Assembly: GCA_963775425.1 (NCBI GenBank)
Contig: CAVZJB010000011.1
Coordinates: 768,001-832,000 of the forward strand
DNA from: an uncultured delta proteobacterium
GTDB lineage: Bacteria; Myxococcota; UBA727; VGSZ01
Length of the DNA stretch: 64,000 bases
Direction of reading: 5' to 3'
Under the pieces are notes generated by a model. It searched no databases. It was not told the origin of the DNA and saw nothing but the letters and a program-made list of their open reading frames with translations. The translations under genes were made by a program, and so were the position numbers. This document shows positions 11,883 to 21,237 of this stretch, one piece after another (position 1 is the first letter of the stretch; the number at the start of each line of letters is the position of its first letter).

Positions 11883-12269
11883 ATGCACGTCGCCACCGCC
11901 CTCGCCGCCGTCGTCATCGTGTGCCGCGACCTCCAAAAGAGCGTCACCTTCTACAAGGCCCTCGGCGTCGACGTGCGGGAGACCAAGCAAGGCGGGCGCG
12001 TGAGCTTCACCTGCGCCCTCGGCGGCGTGCACTTCGCCCTGCGCCCGCCCGACGGCGTCGAGCGCGGGTCACAGAGCGGTCAGCAGCTCGGCTTCATGAT
12101 CGCCAACCTCGACGGGGCGCTCGAAGCGCTGGCGGCGGCCGGCGGCACCATTCTCGAGAAGCCCACGCCCAAGCCCTGGGGCGTCACCGCGCTCGTCGAA
12201 GACCCCGACGGCCGCAAGGTCGAGCTCGTCTCCACCCGCGTCGAGCTCACGGGCCCGATGCCGTTTTAA
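11883..12269 (+). CDS. VOC/glyoxalase family protein
   Basis: DLQKSVTFYKALG...KPWGVTALVEDPDGRKVEL. Confidence 0.9.
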   Translation: MHVATALAAVVIVCRDLQKSVTFYKALGVDVRETKQGGRVSFTCALGGVHFALRPPDGVERGSQSGQQLGFMIANLDGALEALAAAGGTILEKPTPKPWGVTALVEDPDGRKVELVSTRVELTGPMPF

Positions 12270-12415
12270 CGCGCTGACGCGCGTGGAGCAGCCGCGCGCT
12301 CCGCGCGCCCGGAGCGCGGTGAAATCGCGCGCGGGGTCGGCGGCCGGCGTGCTCTGACGCACCGCGTGAGCCGGGTCAACGGCAGATCGAATTCGAGCCA
12401 CTACGGTCCGCGCCC

Positions 12416-14472
12416 ATGGATTCCCACAGCGACGCCACTCCTCCGACTCTTGCCATGCGCACCCGGGTCCGCGGTTGGACCGTCTGGGAGCCCCTCGAGG
12501 GCGAAGGAGGGATGCACGAGGTGCTCGCGGCCGACGCCGCCGGCGCCTGCGTGGTGCTCCGCGTCCCCCCGATCGCGAGACCGCCGACCGCATGCGCGCC
12601 GAGGCCGAGCTCGCGCAGCAGCACCCGCACAAGGGGATCGTGCAGAGCGTAGGCGTCGTCGAGCACGAGCGCTGGCCGGTGCAGGTCATCGAGCACGTCG
12701 ACGGCCTGCGCCTCGACACCATCCTCCTCATCAACGGCGCGATGAGCACCGAGGGCGCGTGCCGCGTGGGCTGGCAGACGGCCATCGCGCTCGCGGAGCT
12801 GCACCACCGCCAACCCGTCGGGTTTCACGGGGCGCTCGCGCCCGACCGCGTCGTCGTCGACGTCGAGGGCAACGCCCGCCTGCGCGACGTGGGCCGGCTG
12901 TTGAACGCGCAGGCGCCCTCGCGGCTGTCGCCCGAGCGGCGCGCGTGTGAAGGCGGCCCCACCGAGGCCGACGACATCTACGCGCTCGGGCTGCTCGTCG
13001 CGGAGGCGGCGCTGGGCCAGCCGCTCGAGCTCGACGGCGGCTTCCTCGACGTGAAGGTCATCGAGGGCCTGCTGCCGGAGCGCCTCGTCGACGCGCTCGC
13101 GGCGCTCCTCGCCCCGGCCGAGACGCGCATCAAGAACGCTGCGGCCGCGGCGCGCATCTTCCTCGAGGCGGAGTACTCCTTCGGCGACGGCTCGCAGGCC
13201 CTGCGCTCCGCCCTCGAGCGCGCGCGCTTCGGCCTGTCCGCGGACGCGGAGACGGCCGACGGCTTCGACGTCCACGGCCCGGTCACGACGCCCGACGGCG
13301 TGCTCGCGCTGCACCCCGCCGACCTCGATCTCGAGGTCACCGCGCCCGGCCTGAAGGTGCCCGGCCCCGCCGCTCCGTCCGCGAAGAAGAGCGGCGCCGG
13401 CCTCGTCGTCGGCCTCTTCGCCCTGGGGCTCTTCGGCCTGGCGCTCCCGGCCGCCGTCGCCGCCGCCGTCGTCGTGGCCAAGGTCGCGCCCGGGCGCTTC
13501 GCCCTCCACATGCCGTCGCTGACGTCGCTGGCGTCGCCTTCGCCGGCGGGGGCGCCGCCGACGGAGTCGCCGCCGTCGACGGCGCTGCCCTCGACCGCGC
13601 TGCCCTCGACGTCGCTGCCCTCGACGTCGCTGCCCTCGGCGTCGCTGCCGCCGACGCACATGCCCTCGCTGCCGTCGGCGCACATGCCCTCGCTGTCGTC
13701 GGTGCACATGCCGTCGCTGCCGTCGGTGCACATGCCCTCGCTGCCGTCGCTGCCCTCGGTGCACATGCCCTCGCTGCCGTCGCTGCCCTCGGTGCACATG
13801 CCCTCGCTGCCGTCGCTGCCCTCGGTGCACATGCCCTCCCTGCACATGCCCGATCTGCACCTGCCGTCCTTCTCGCTGCCGTCGTTCTCGCTGCCGTCGT
13901 TCTCGCTGCCGTCCCTGGCGTCGATCGAGTCGCGCGTGCGCGGCGCGCCCGGCGCGGAGGCCGACGCCATGGGCGGTGACGGCGTGAAGCTCGCGCTCGC
14001 CGACGTCGCGGACACCAAGGTCGTCAGCGACGCGGCGCCGTCGCTGCTCGGCACCGACGCGCCCGCGTTCGTCACCACGACGAGCGCCAAGGCCGAAGCC
14101 CCCGCGCACCCCGCCCACGCGCACCCGCGCTCCGACGCGCACGCGCGCGCCGACGTCCACCCCGCGCACGTCGCCGCCCGCCCCGCGCATGTCGCCGCAC
14201 ACCCGCGCGCCGACGTCGCCGCGCCGCACCCCGCGGCGCACCCGGTCAAGCTCGTCATCAACGTCGACGACGGCACGCGGCTGCGCGTCCAGAAGAAGCT
14301 CGCCGCGTGCGGCGTGACGGCCTCCACCGTCGGCGTCATCCACGTCGTGGTCCCCGCCGGCGCCGTGCGCGCCCACAGCGACCCGCACAACGGCTGCGTC
14401 GACCGCGTCCTCACGCGCGCGCTCTACGGCGCCATCGCCAACGACGACGAGCCCTTCGAGATCGTGCCCTGA
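12416..14472 (+). CDS. Membrane-anchored Ser/Thr kinase-like (pseudokinase) protein with repeat stalk; apparent frameshift at ~12565-12570
   Basis: ORF 12416 (WEPLEGEGGMHEV, glycine-loop-like) joins ORF 12475 (HPHKGIV, IEHVDGLRL, FHGALAPDRV, SPER, DDIYALG) if one C is added to the C6 run. TM helix then Ser/Pro/His/Met repeats. Confidence 0.7.
13508..13916 (+). repeat. Coding tandem repeats (LPST, PSVHMPSL, LPSFS units)
   Basis: Repeated cacatgccctcgctgccgtcg units; 33-nt unit in three tandem copies; 15-nt LPSFS x3. Confidence 0.9.
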
Positions 14473-14503
14473 CCCGCGCCGCGGACGAGCCGCCACCGCA
14501 GAT

Positions 14504-15163
14504 TCAGAAGCGCTCGAGGGTGGCGGCGGTGACGTGGCCCTCCAGGTCGACGTCGTAGCCGTGCATCTCGCCACGGGCGAGGTCGACCACGGCGAAGCCG
14601 GGCTCGTCGCGACGCGACAACGTCCCCGGGTTGAGGAACGTCAGCGATCCCGCGCGGCGCCCCGTGAGCACCCGCGCGAAGCGCTCGTGGCTATGGCCGC
14701 CGACCACCACGGACCACGCGCCCGCCTGGATGAGCGCCTCCATCTCGTCGCACGCGGAGACGTCGCTGTCGGCGCGGAAGCGCACCATGTCGTTGTCGCC
14801 GACGCCGTGGCACAGCAGCAGCGACCCGCGCGCCGACTCCAGCGTGCGCACCGCGGGCAGGGCCGCGAGCCACGCGAAGCTCTGCTCGGACAGCTCGTGC
14901 CTGCGCGTCCAGCCGAGGCGCGCGCGCTCGGCGTCTCGCAGGACGGCGCCGTTCACCAGCCAGCAATCGTGGTTGCCGCGTACGCAGACGACGTCGTTGT
15001 CCTCGAGCAGGCGCACGGTGCGCTCGGGGTCGCCGGGGCCGTCGACGATGTCGCCGACGCACAGCAGCGCGTCGACGCGCTCTCCGCGCAGGAAGCCGAG
15101 CACCGTTTCGAGCCGTTCGTCCTCGACGTGGACGTCACCGAGAGCCGCGAACCGTGAGAGCAC
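14504..15163 (-). CDS. Calcineurin-like metallophosphoesterase
   Basis: GDVH, VGDIVD, RGNHD, CHG, GHSH, NPG motifs. Confidence 0.92.
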   Translation of the reverse strand: MLSRFAALGDVHVEDERLETVLGFLRGERVDALLCVGDIVDGPGDPERTVRLLEDNDVVCVRGNHDCWLVNGAVLRDAERARLGWTRRHELSEQSFAWLAALPAVRTLESARGSLLLCHGVGDNDMVRFRADSDVSACDEMEALIQAGAWSVVVGGHSHERFARVLTGRRAGSLTFLNPGTLSRRDEPGFAVVDLARGEMHGYDVDLEGHVTAATLERF

Positions 15164-15221
15164 GCGGGCATCCTACGTCATCGCCGCCGCCGCGCGGACG
15201 GCGCCGCCGTCACAGCCGCCG

Positions 15222-15620
15222 TCACAGCCGTTGTCGGTCGCGGTGATCGAGCGCGGCGAGGTGCGGCCGCGCCGCGGCCACGATGCTCCTGCCGGCGCCG
15301 AGCGCCGCCGTCGCTTCGTCGGGCCAGCGCCGCGCGAGCGCCGCCAGGTCGCGCAGCAGGCCCGCCACGATGTCGCGGTCGCGGCCCGTGAGCCGACGCG
15401 CGAGGAGGCTCATGACGTCGAGCTCGCGGGCAAAGGGGAACGCCCTCGCGGTCCAGTCGACGCACGCCTCGTGCGCCGCCTCGGGATAGCGCACGATCCA
15501 GCAGCGGCCGTCGAGCACCCCGCCGCAACGCACACAGCAGCGCCGGACGCCCACCGCCGACGCCACGACGAGCGAGGCGCCGTCGACGGCGCGGGCCGCC
15601 GGGGGAGGGGGCGTGGGCAC
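15222..15620 (-). CDS. Hypothetical protein with possible zinc finger
   Basis: CVRC...HEAC pattern; plausible codon usage; start uncertain. Confidence 0.4.
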   Translation of the reverse strand: MPTPPPPAARAVDGASLVVASAVGVRRCCVRCGGVLDGRCWIVRYPEAAHEACVDWTARAFPFARELDVMSLLARRLTGRDRDIVAGLLRDLAALARRWPDEATAALGAGRSIVAAARPHLAALDHRDRQRL

Positions 15621-15786
15621 CGAGCTCTTCTACCGCTCGCGGCGCGCGCGCCTCGGCGGGTCTCACGTTGAGGCAACGCGCCCGTCGACCGAGCGTCGGT
15701 GCGCACGCCGCGCGACGCGCCGTCGCATGCGACCGCACCGTCGGCGGCGGCGTGGATCTTGTGGGGACCCAGGGTGGAGGTTTCCG

Positions 15787-16458
15787 ATGAAAGCGCTCCC
15801 CCTGTTGGTCCTCGCCCTCGCCCTCGCCGCCGCCGGCTGCGGCGTCGACACCCACTTCCATGTCGCCCAGGAGGGCGAGGTGAACCTGCGCCTCGGACCG
15901 GTCGGCCCGTCGTGCAGCCTCGCCAGCGTCGCCACCGGCGTCCCGTACAGCGACGGCTCCGTCGTCACGTTCATCCACCACGTCTCCGCGGGCGTCTGCA
16001 TCATCAGCGCGACGTGGACGGGGCCGGTCATGGACACCGCGGCGATCGCCGCCGAGGCCCTGGGCGAGATCCACGGCGCCACGATCGCCGACACGCGGAT
16101 CACCGGGCTCAAGTACACGTTGCGCAGCGAGCGCCTGCGCGATCTCGGCAACGACAACGAGCTCATCGACGTGCCCGGCAACGCCGTCCGCGAGATCCAC
16201 GCCGTCGTCCGCGTCGACAACGACCGGGCCATGGCCGCCGACTACGGCGGCGCCGGCGACCCCGAGCACCCCGACGAATTCGCCGCGGCCGCCGACGCCC
16301 TCGTCGCCCACGCCAACGACGCCTGGCCGACCGGGCAGGACCTCATCGGCGACGGCGACGCGGAGCTGCAGATCGACATCGACGGCATCGACGCGCTGGT
16401 GCTCGCCGACAATCCCGCCTTCGTCCTCCGCTACAAGATCGAGGTCGACGGCGAGTGA
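15787..16458 (+). CDS. Hypothetical lipoprotein
   Basis: GGAGG RBS; MKALPLLVLALALAAAGC lipobox. Confidence 0.8.
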   Translation: MKALPLLVLALALAAAGCGVDTHFHVAQEGEVNLRLGPVGPSCSLASVATGVPYSDGSVVTFIHHVSAGVCIISATWTGPVMDTAAIAAEALGEIHGATIADTRITGLKYTLRSERLRDLGNDNELIDVPGNAVREIHAVVRVDNDRAMAADYGGAGDPEHPDEFAAAADALVAHANDAWPTGQDLIGDGDAELQIDIDGIDALVLADNPAFVLRYKIEVDGE

Positions 16459-16461
16459 GCG

Positions 16462-17019
16462 TCAACGCAGGGCGTAGTGGCGCGCGAGCCGCGCCGGCAA
16501 CGCGCCGTCGCCGTCTTCGACGAGCCACGGCATGGCGAGCTTGCGCGGGACGCGCACGAGGCCCGGGCGCTCGAACGTGCCGAAGACGATGTCCCACACC
16601 GGGCTCGTCACGCCGTGGTTGGCGCGCGGGTTCTCGAAGTGGTGGTGGAAGTGGTGCCGGCGCAGGTACCGCCCGTAGGGGGTGAAGCCGGGGTGCGCAT
16701 GGGCGAGCCAATGAAACGCCTCGTACGCCGCGTACATCGCGGCGAACGACACGCCGAACACCGCGCCGCGCACGCTCCCCACCACGAGCGCGGCGGCGGC
16801 GGCGGCGAGGGGGATGACGGCGAGCGCCACGAGCACCTTCTTCCACATGGGCGCGAAGTAGCCGCCTTCGGCGTGGTGGCGCGTGTGCTCGGCGGCGAAG
16901 GCGTTCGGGCGCGTGCGTGGATCGTGACCGAGCACGCGGTGCAGGCCGTACTCCGCGAGCGTCCAGCAGACGACGCCTGCGAGCGCGCACGCGATCAGGT
17001 CCCACGGCATCAGGTCCAT
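16462..17019 (-). CDS. Sterol desaturase / fatty acid hydroxylase family protein
   Basis: His boxes EYGLHRVLGH, HTRHH, YEAFHWLAH, HHFHHH; NHGVTSPVWDIVFGT. Confidence 0.9.
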   Translation of the reverse strand: MDLMPWDLIACALAGVVCWTLAEYGLHRVLGHDPRTRPNAFAAEHTRHHAEGGYFAPMWKKVLVALAVIPLAAAAAALVVGSVRGAVFGVSFAAMYAAYEAFHWLAHAHPGFTPYGRYLRRHHFHHHFENPRANHGVTSPVWDIVFGTFERPGLVRVPRKLAMPWLVEDGDGALPARLARHYALR

Positions 17020-18740
17020 CGCGCGCCCTCCGCGGCGCGCTGCGGCCCGCGCACCAGCCGGCCGGGCAGCGCGCCGGTGAACGCGTCGTCCTCGACGATG
17101 ACGGCGCCGGACGCGACGGTGGCGGCGTAGCCGCGCGCGCGCTGGAGCAGCCGCCGTCCGCCCGCGGGCAGATCGTCGACGACGCGCGCGCTCTCGAGGT
17201 GGAGCTTGTCGAAGTCGATGACGTTGAGGTCCGCCTTCATCCCCGGGGCGACCACCCCGCGATCCTCGAGGCCGAACAACGCTGCGGTGTCGCGGGTCTG
17301 CCGCTTGACGATGTATTCGAGCGGGAGCCGCTCGCCGCGGCGGCGGTCGCGCGCCCAGTGGACGAGCATGAACGTGGGCATGCCGCCGTCGCAGATGGCG
17401 CCGCAGTGGGCGCCGGCGTCGGACAGCCCGAGCACCGTGCGCGGGTGGCGATGCAGCGCGCGCAGCGGCTCGAGGTCGCCGCCTGCGTAGTTGAACAGCG
17501 GCAGGTAGAGGAGCTTCTCGTCGAGGAGCGCGTCGAGCGCGAGCGCCCGCGGCGACGTGCCGGACGCGGCGGCGAGCGCGGCCAGGCTCTTTTCGGGCGC
17601 GGGCTCGTAGTCGAAGCCCTCGTCCATCAGGAAGATCTTGTCGAAGCGCGTGGTGACGAGCGCGGCGAGCGCCGCCTGCGGTCCCTCGAGGGCGAGCGGC
17701 TCCTCCTCGAGCAGGCGGCGGCGCCGCTCGGGATCGCGCAGCAGCGCGCGACGCTCTTGCCAGGGCTCGGAGACCACCTCGAGGTACGCGGGCGTGAGCA
17801 GGAAGGGGTGCGCGGTGGCCTGCATGGACATCGAGATGCCGATGGCGCGGCCGGCGACCTGCGCGAACAGCGGATCGCCCGCGCGCGCCGCGTCGTCGAG
17901 GATCTCCACGCCGCGGCGCCAAAGCTCCGGCGCGTCGTCGATCTGGCTGAGGTTGAACGTCACGGGACGGCGGGTGCGCGCCGCGAGCGCGCGCATCCAC
18001 GACAGCTCCGCGGGGACGTCCTTGTGCTCGAGCGCGGCCTGGAACACGCCGCGCCCGGTGTCGGCGAGGGCGTCGGCGATGCCGAAGAGCTCGTCTTCGG
18101 CGGCGGTGGTCCCGGGGACCAGCTCGCCGTCGATGGCGCGGTGCAGGGACGTCCTCGACGTCGAAAAGCCCAGCGCTCCCGCCACGAGCGCTTCGCGGAC
18201 GAGCTCGCGCATGCGCGCGATGTCCTCGGGCGTCGCCTGCGCGTTCTTGGCGCCACGCTCGCCCATGACGTAGGCCCGCAGCGGGCCGTGGGCGATCTGC
18301 GCGCCGACGTCGATGGCGCGGGGCATGGCCTCGAGCGCGTCGAGGTACGCGGGGAAGCCCTCCCATGCCCAGCGGATGCCCTCGACGAGCGCGCTGCCCG
18401 GGATGTCCTCGACGCCCTCCATGAGCCCGATGAGCCACTCGTGGCGGTCGGGGGAGGCGGGGGCGAAGCCGACGCCGCAGCTCCCCATGACGACGGTGGT
18501 GCAGCCGTGGAAGCCCGACGGCGTCAGGTACGGATCCCACGTCGCCTGCGCGTCGTAGTGCGTGTGGATGTCGACGAAGCCGGGGGTCACCACCTTGCCG
18601 CGTGCGTCAATCTCGCGGCGCGCGTCGCCGACGGCGCCGACCGCGCTGATGCGCTCGCCGTCGACGGCGACGTCGGCCTCGCGGGGCGCGCTGCCCGTGC
18701 CGTCGACGAGGGTCCCACCGCGAATGATCAGATCGTGCAT
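17010..18740 (-). CDS. N-acyl-D-amino-acid deacylase family amidohydrolase
   Basis: [51 protein letters not shown]. Confidence 0.92.
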   Translation of the reverse strand: MHDLIIRGGTLVDGTGSAPREADVAVDGERISAVGAVGDARREIDARGKVVTPGFVDIHTHYDAQATWDPYLTPSGFHGCTTVVMGSCGVGFAPASPDRHEWLIGLMEGVEDIPGSALVEGIRWAWEGFPAYLDALEAMPRAIDVGAQIAHGPLRAYVMGERGAKNAQATPEDIARMRELVREALVAGALGFSTSRTSLHRAIDGELVPGTTAAEDELFGIADALADTGRGVFQAALEHKDVPAELSWMRALAARTRRPVTFNLSQIDDAPELWRRGVEILDDAARAGDPLFAQVAGRAIGISMSMQATAHPFLLTPAYLEVVSEPWQERRALLRDPERRRRLLEEEPLALEGPQAALAALVTTRFDKIFLMDEGFDYEPAPEKSLAALAAASGTSPRALALDALLDEKLLYLPLFNYAGGDLEPLRALHRHPRTVLGLSDAGAHCGAICDGGMPTFMLVHWARDRRRGERLPLEYIVKRQTRDTAALFGLEDRGVVAPGMKADLNVIDFDKLHLESARVVDDLPAGGRRLLQRARGYAATVASGAVIVEDDAFTGALPGRLVRGPQRAAEGARWT

Positions 18741-18752
18741 GCCGCCTCCGTG

Positions 18753-18828
18753 AAGTGTGAACATCGTTCACGGTTTGATCGGATCGCGCAAGCGACGTTT
18801 GACACGAAAGTGAACGACGTTCACACTT
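18753..18828. promoter_or_regulatory. Two TetR-type operators GTGAAC-N3-GTTCAC plus a sigma70-like promoter
   Basis: Palindromes at 18757-18771 and 18810-18824; TTGACA (18799) -17 nt- CACACT (18822) just upstream of the tetR GTG. Confidence 0.8.
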
Positions 18829-18833
18829 TGCCC

Positions 18834-19547
18834 GTGCCCCCGCGCCGCCGGCTCCCCACAAGCGGGCCCGCCGCCCGCCCGTCGCCCACCCCGGGCAAGC
18901 GGGCGCTGCGGCGCGTCGAGCGGACGGACGCGTTCCTCGACGCCGCGCTGCGGATCGTGGGGGAGGAGGGCGTCGAGGGGCTGACCATCGCGGCGCTGGC
19001 GGCGGAGGTCGGCGCGGCGGTGGGCGCGCTGTACCGCTACTTCCCCGGCAAGGACGACCTGCTGGCGGCGCTGCAGGAGCGGGCGCTCGACGCGCTCGCC
19101 GGCGAGCTGAGCGCGGTGGCGGTGCGCCCGCCGCTGGCGCGGATCGTCGCCGTGGCGGCGGAGGTGGCGACGCTCGCCGAGCGCGACGCGCGCCGCCACC
19201 GGCTGCTCGACGAGCTGCTGTCGGCGCCCGCGCCGGTCTACAGCGAGGCGCGCGCCCGCGCGCTGGAGGAGCACCTCGCGCGGGTGCTCGCGGTGGTGGA
19301 GGAGGCGTTCGCGGCGGCGGCCGGCGCCGGCGCCTTGAGCCCGGGCGACGCCGCCCTGCGCACCCGGGTCCTGTGGTCCGCCATCCACGGCGCCGGACAC
19401 CTGCGCAAGCGCGATCGCCTCGAGCCGCCGCCGCTGCGCCACCGCCGCGTGGAGGCCGCGGCCGTGGAGGCGTTGCTCGTCGGCTTCGGCGCGCGGCCGG
19501 CGTCGGCGCACGCGGCGCTGCGCGGCTGGCCCCGCGCCCCTCGCTAG
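18834..19547 (+). CDS. TetR/AcrR family regulator
   Basis: FLDAALRIVGEEGVEGLTIAALAAEVGAAVGALYRYFPGKDDL helix-turn-helix. Confidence 0.93.
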   Translation: MPPRRRLPTSGPAARPSPTPGKRALRRVERTDAFLDAALRIVGEEGVEGLTIAALAAEVGAAVGALYRYFPGKDDLLAALQERALDALAGELSAVAVRPPLARIVAVAAEVATLAERDARRHRLLDELLSAPAPVYSEARARALEEHLARVLAVVEEAFAAAAGAGALSPGDAALRTRVLWSAIHGAGHLRKRDRLEPPPLRHRRVEAAAVEALLVGFGARPASAHAALRGWPRAPR

Positions 19548-19631
19548 CCGTGGACCCGGGTCCGCGCCTCGGCACGACGGTGCAACAACGGTGGCAGCGC
19601 GCGTTTTGCCCCGGCTCGCTATGATCCGGTC

Positions 19632-20075
19632 GTGATCCCTCCAGCGCGCGTCTTGTTCGTCGACGACGAGGAGCCCATCCTCCGCGCGCTGGACCGTGCG
19701 CTGCGCGGCGGGCCCCACGCGCTCTTCTTCACCAGCGATCCGCTCGCGGCCGGCGACATCGTCGAGCGCGAGGCCATCGACGTCCTCGTCTGCGACGTCG
19801 TGATGCCCGGCAAGAGCGGCCTCGCCGTCATGGCCGACGTCGCCGCCGCGCGCCCCGACGTCTTTCGCATCATGATGACGGCGAGCACCGAGCGCGAGGT
19901 CGTCATCCGCGCCATCAACGAGGCGCACGTCGACAGGCTGCTCGAGAAGCCGTGGCGCCTCGCCGACCTCAAGGAGGTCCTCGACGAGGCGGTCGCGATC
20001 GTGCGGCTCAAGCGCGTGCAGAAGAGCGCCGAGCCCGACCCCGTCGAGGCCATCCGCGCCTTCGGCAAGCGGTGA
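19632..20075 (+). CDS. Single-domain response regulator
   Basis: VLFVDDE, VLVCDVVMPG, MMTA, LEKPW. Confidence 0.92.
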   Translation: MIPPARVLFVDDEEPILRALDRALRGGPHALFFTSDPLAAGDIVEREAIDVLVCDVVMPGKSGLAVMADVAAARPDVFRIMMTASTEREVVIRAINEAHVDRLLEKPWRLADLKEVLDEAVAIVRLKRVQKSAEPDPVEAIRAFGKR

Positions 20076-20081
20076 TCGGCA

Positions 20082-20112
20082 CGTAGGGCGCGCCCCTTGC
20101 GGGGCGCGTCGG
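20082..20112. repeat. GTAG-type REP-like palindrome
   Basis: cgtagggcgcgccccttgcggggcgcgtcgg, near reverse complement of 29119-29148. Confidence 0.55.
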
Positions 20113-20156
20113 TGGGCGACGTCGACGTCCACGGCGGCCGTACGCGTCACCCGACG

Positions 20157-20182
20157 AAAACGGCTCCCTCGTCGGGAGCCGT
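20157..20182 (-). terminator. Intrinsic terminator after tRNA-Ser
   Basis: ACGGCTCCC-5 nt-GGGAGCCGT hairpin followed by a T run on the minus strand. Confidence 0.75.
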
Positions 20183-20206
20183 TCACGTCGCGCCTGGCGC
20201 GCTATC

Positions 20207-20296
20207 TGGCGGAGCGAGAGGGATTCGAACCCTCGATAGAGTTACCCCTATACAGATTTAGCAAACCTGCGCCTTCAGCCACTCGGCCATCGCTCC
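20207..20296 (-). tRNA. tRNA-Ser(GCT)
   Basis: GGAGCGATGGCCGAGTGG...CAGGTTTGCTAAATCTG...long variable arm...GGTTCGAATCCCTCTCGCTCCGCCA. Confidence 0.97.
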
Positions 20297-20411
20297 GTAC
20301 GCCATGGTTTTGTCTCCTGCGCTGTTTCTCTAGCACGCGCCGGGGCGCCGTCAAACCGCCGCGGCGCCGCCGTCGACGACGGTTCCAGCTCCGCCGCGGC
20401 GCGCGTCGCGG

Positions 20412-21062
20412 TCAGGGGATGGCGCGCAGCAGATCAAACGTCGTGATCACGCCGACGATGCGGCCGGCAGCGGAGATCACCGGGGCGCGGTGGATGCCGG
20501 CGGCGGCGAACACCTCGGCGGCGCGCGCGATGGGCTCCTCCTCGCGCAGGACGCAGCCGATGGGGCTCATGACGTCGGCGGCGGTGACCGCGCGCGGCGC
20601 CTCAGCCATCGTGGGATCGAAGCTGTCGAGCTCGCCGCGGCGCAGGCGCCCCTCGGCGTAGGCCTTCACGACGTCGCTCTTGGAGACGACCCCGATGGGC
20701 TTGTCCTCGTCGTCGACCACGGGCAGCCCGCCCATGCGCCGCTCGAGGAAGATGGGCACGAGGTCCTCGAGGGGGACGTCGGGCTTTACGCAGATCACGT
20801 CGCGGCTCATCAGCGCGCCGACGGTGCCGGGCGCCGCCTCGACGGGGTCGGCGTCGCGGTCGACCACGCAGAGCATGCGTCGGGCGCCGCCCGACGGATC
20901 GGGCACGGGGGCCCGCAGGTACGGGCAGCCGGCGCAGACGTCGAGCTCGACGGCCTCGTGCCGGCGGGGGCAGCCGGCGACGCCCCGGTGCTGCCGCCGG
21001 GCGTCGCCCGCCACGGTGGTGATGCGGTGGATGGTCGTCGGGGCCGTCTTCTCGTCGAGCAT
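20412..21062 (-). CDS. CBS-pair protein with Cys-rich N-terminus
   Basis: VGALMSRDVI, LPVVD..IGVVSKSD, ADVMS, IHRAPVI..GVITTFDL; N-terminal CP..CAGC..C. Confidence 0.85.
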   Translation of the reverse strand: MLDEKTAPTTIHRITTVAGDARRQHRGVAGCPRRHEAVELDVCAGCPYLRAPVPDPSGGARRMLCVVDRDADPVEAAPGTVGALMSRDVICVKPDVPLEDLVPIFLERRMGGLPVVDDEDKPIGVVSKSDVVKAYAEGRLRRGELDSFDPTMAEAPRAVTAADVMSPIGCVLREEEPIARAAEVFAAAGIHRAPVISAAGRIVGVITTFDLLRAIP

Positions 21063-21237
21063 GGCGCCCTGATCAAAGCAACCGACGTGCCCGGCGCAGG
21101 CGCCGCGGGGCGCGCCCGGGCCGGAGAACCCCGTGTGCTTTGCCCGCGCCAGCGTGGAAAATGGCACAGGGCGGGGGCGCGCCCGGCCACGCGTGCGCGC
21201 GGGTGAGGTGGCCCGGGGCGTGCATTTCGGCCCAGCG

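Noticed and set aside
13508-13916. Non-coding repeat array or CRISPR
   Set aside because: Unit lengths are multiples of 3 and lie in frame inside a CDS.
16917-19547. 876-aa TetR fusion, and similar long N-terminal extensions on MoxR, PpsA, ActB, OtsB and the kinase
   Set aside because: Extensions overlap genuine neighbouring genes; the true starts are downstream.
20207-20296. Island integrated at tRNA-Ser
   Set aside because: Its terminator follows immediately, and no integrase or duplicated 3' end was seen.
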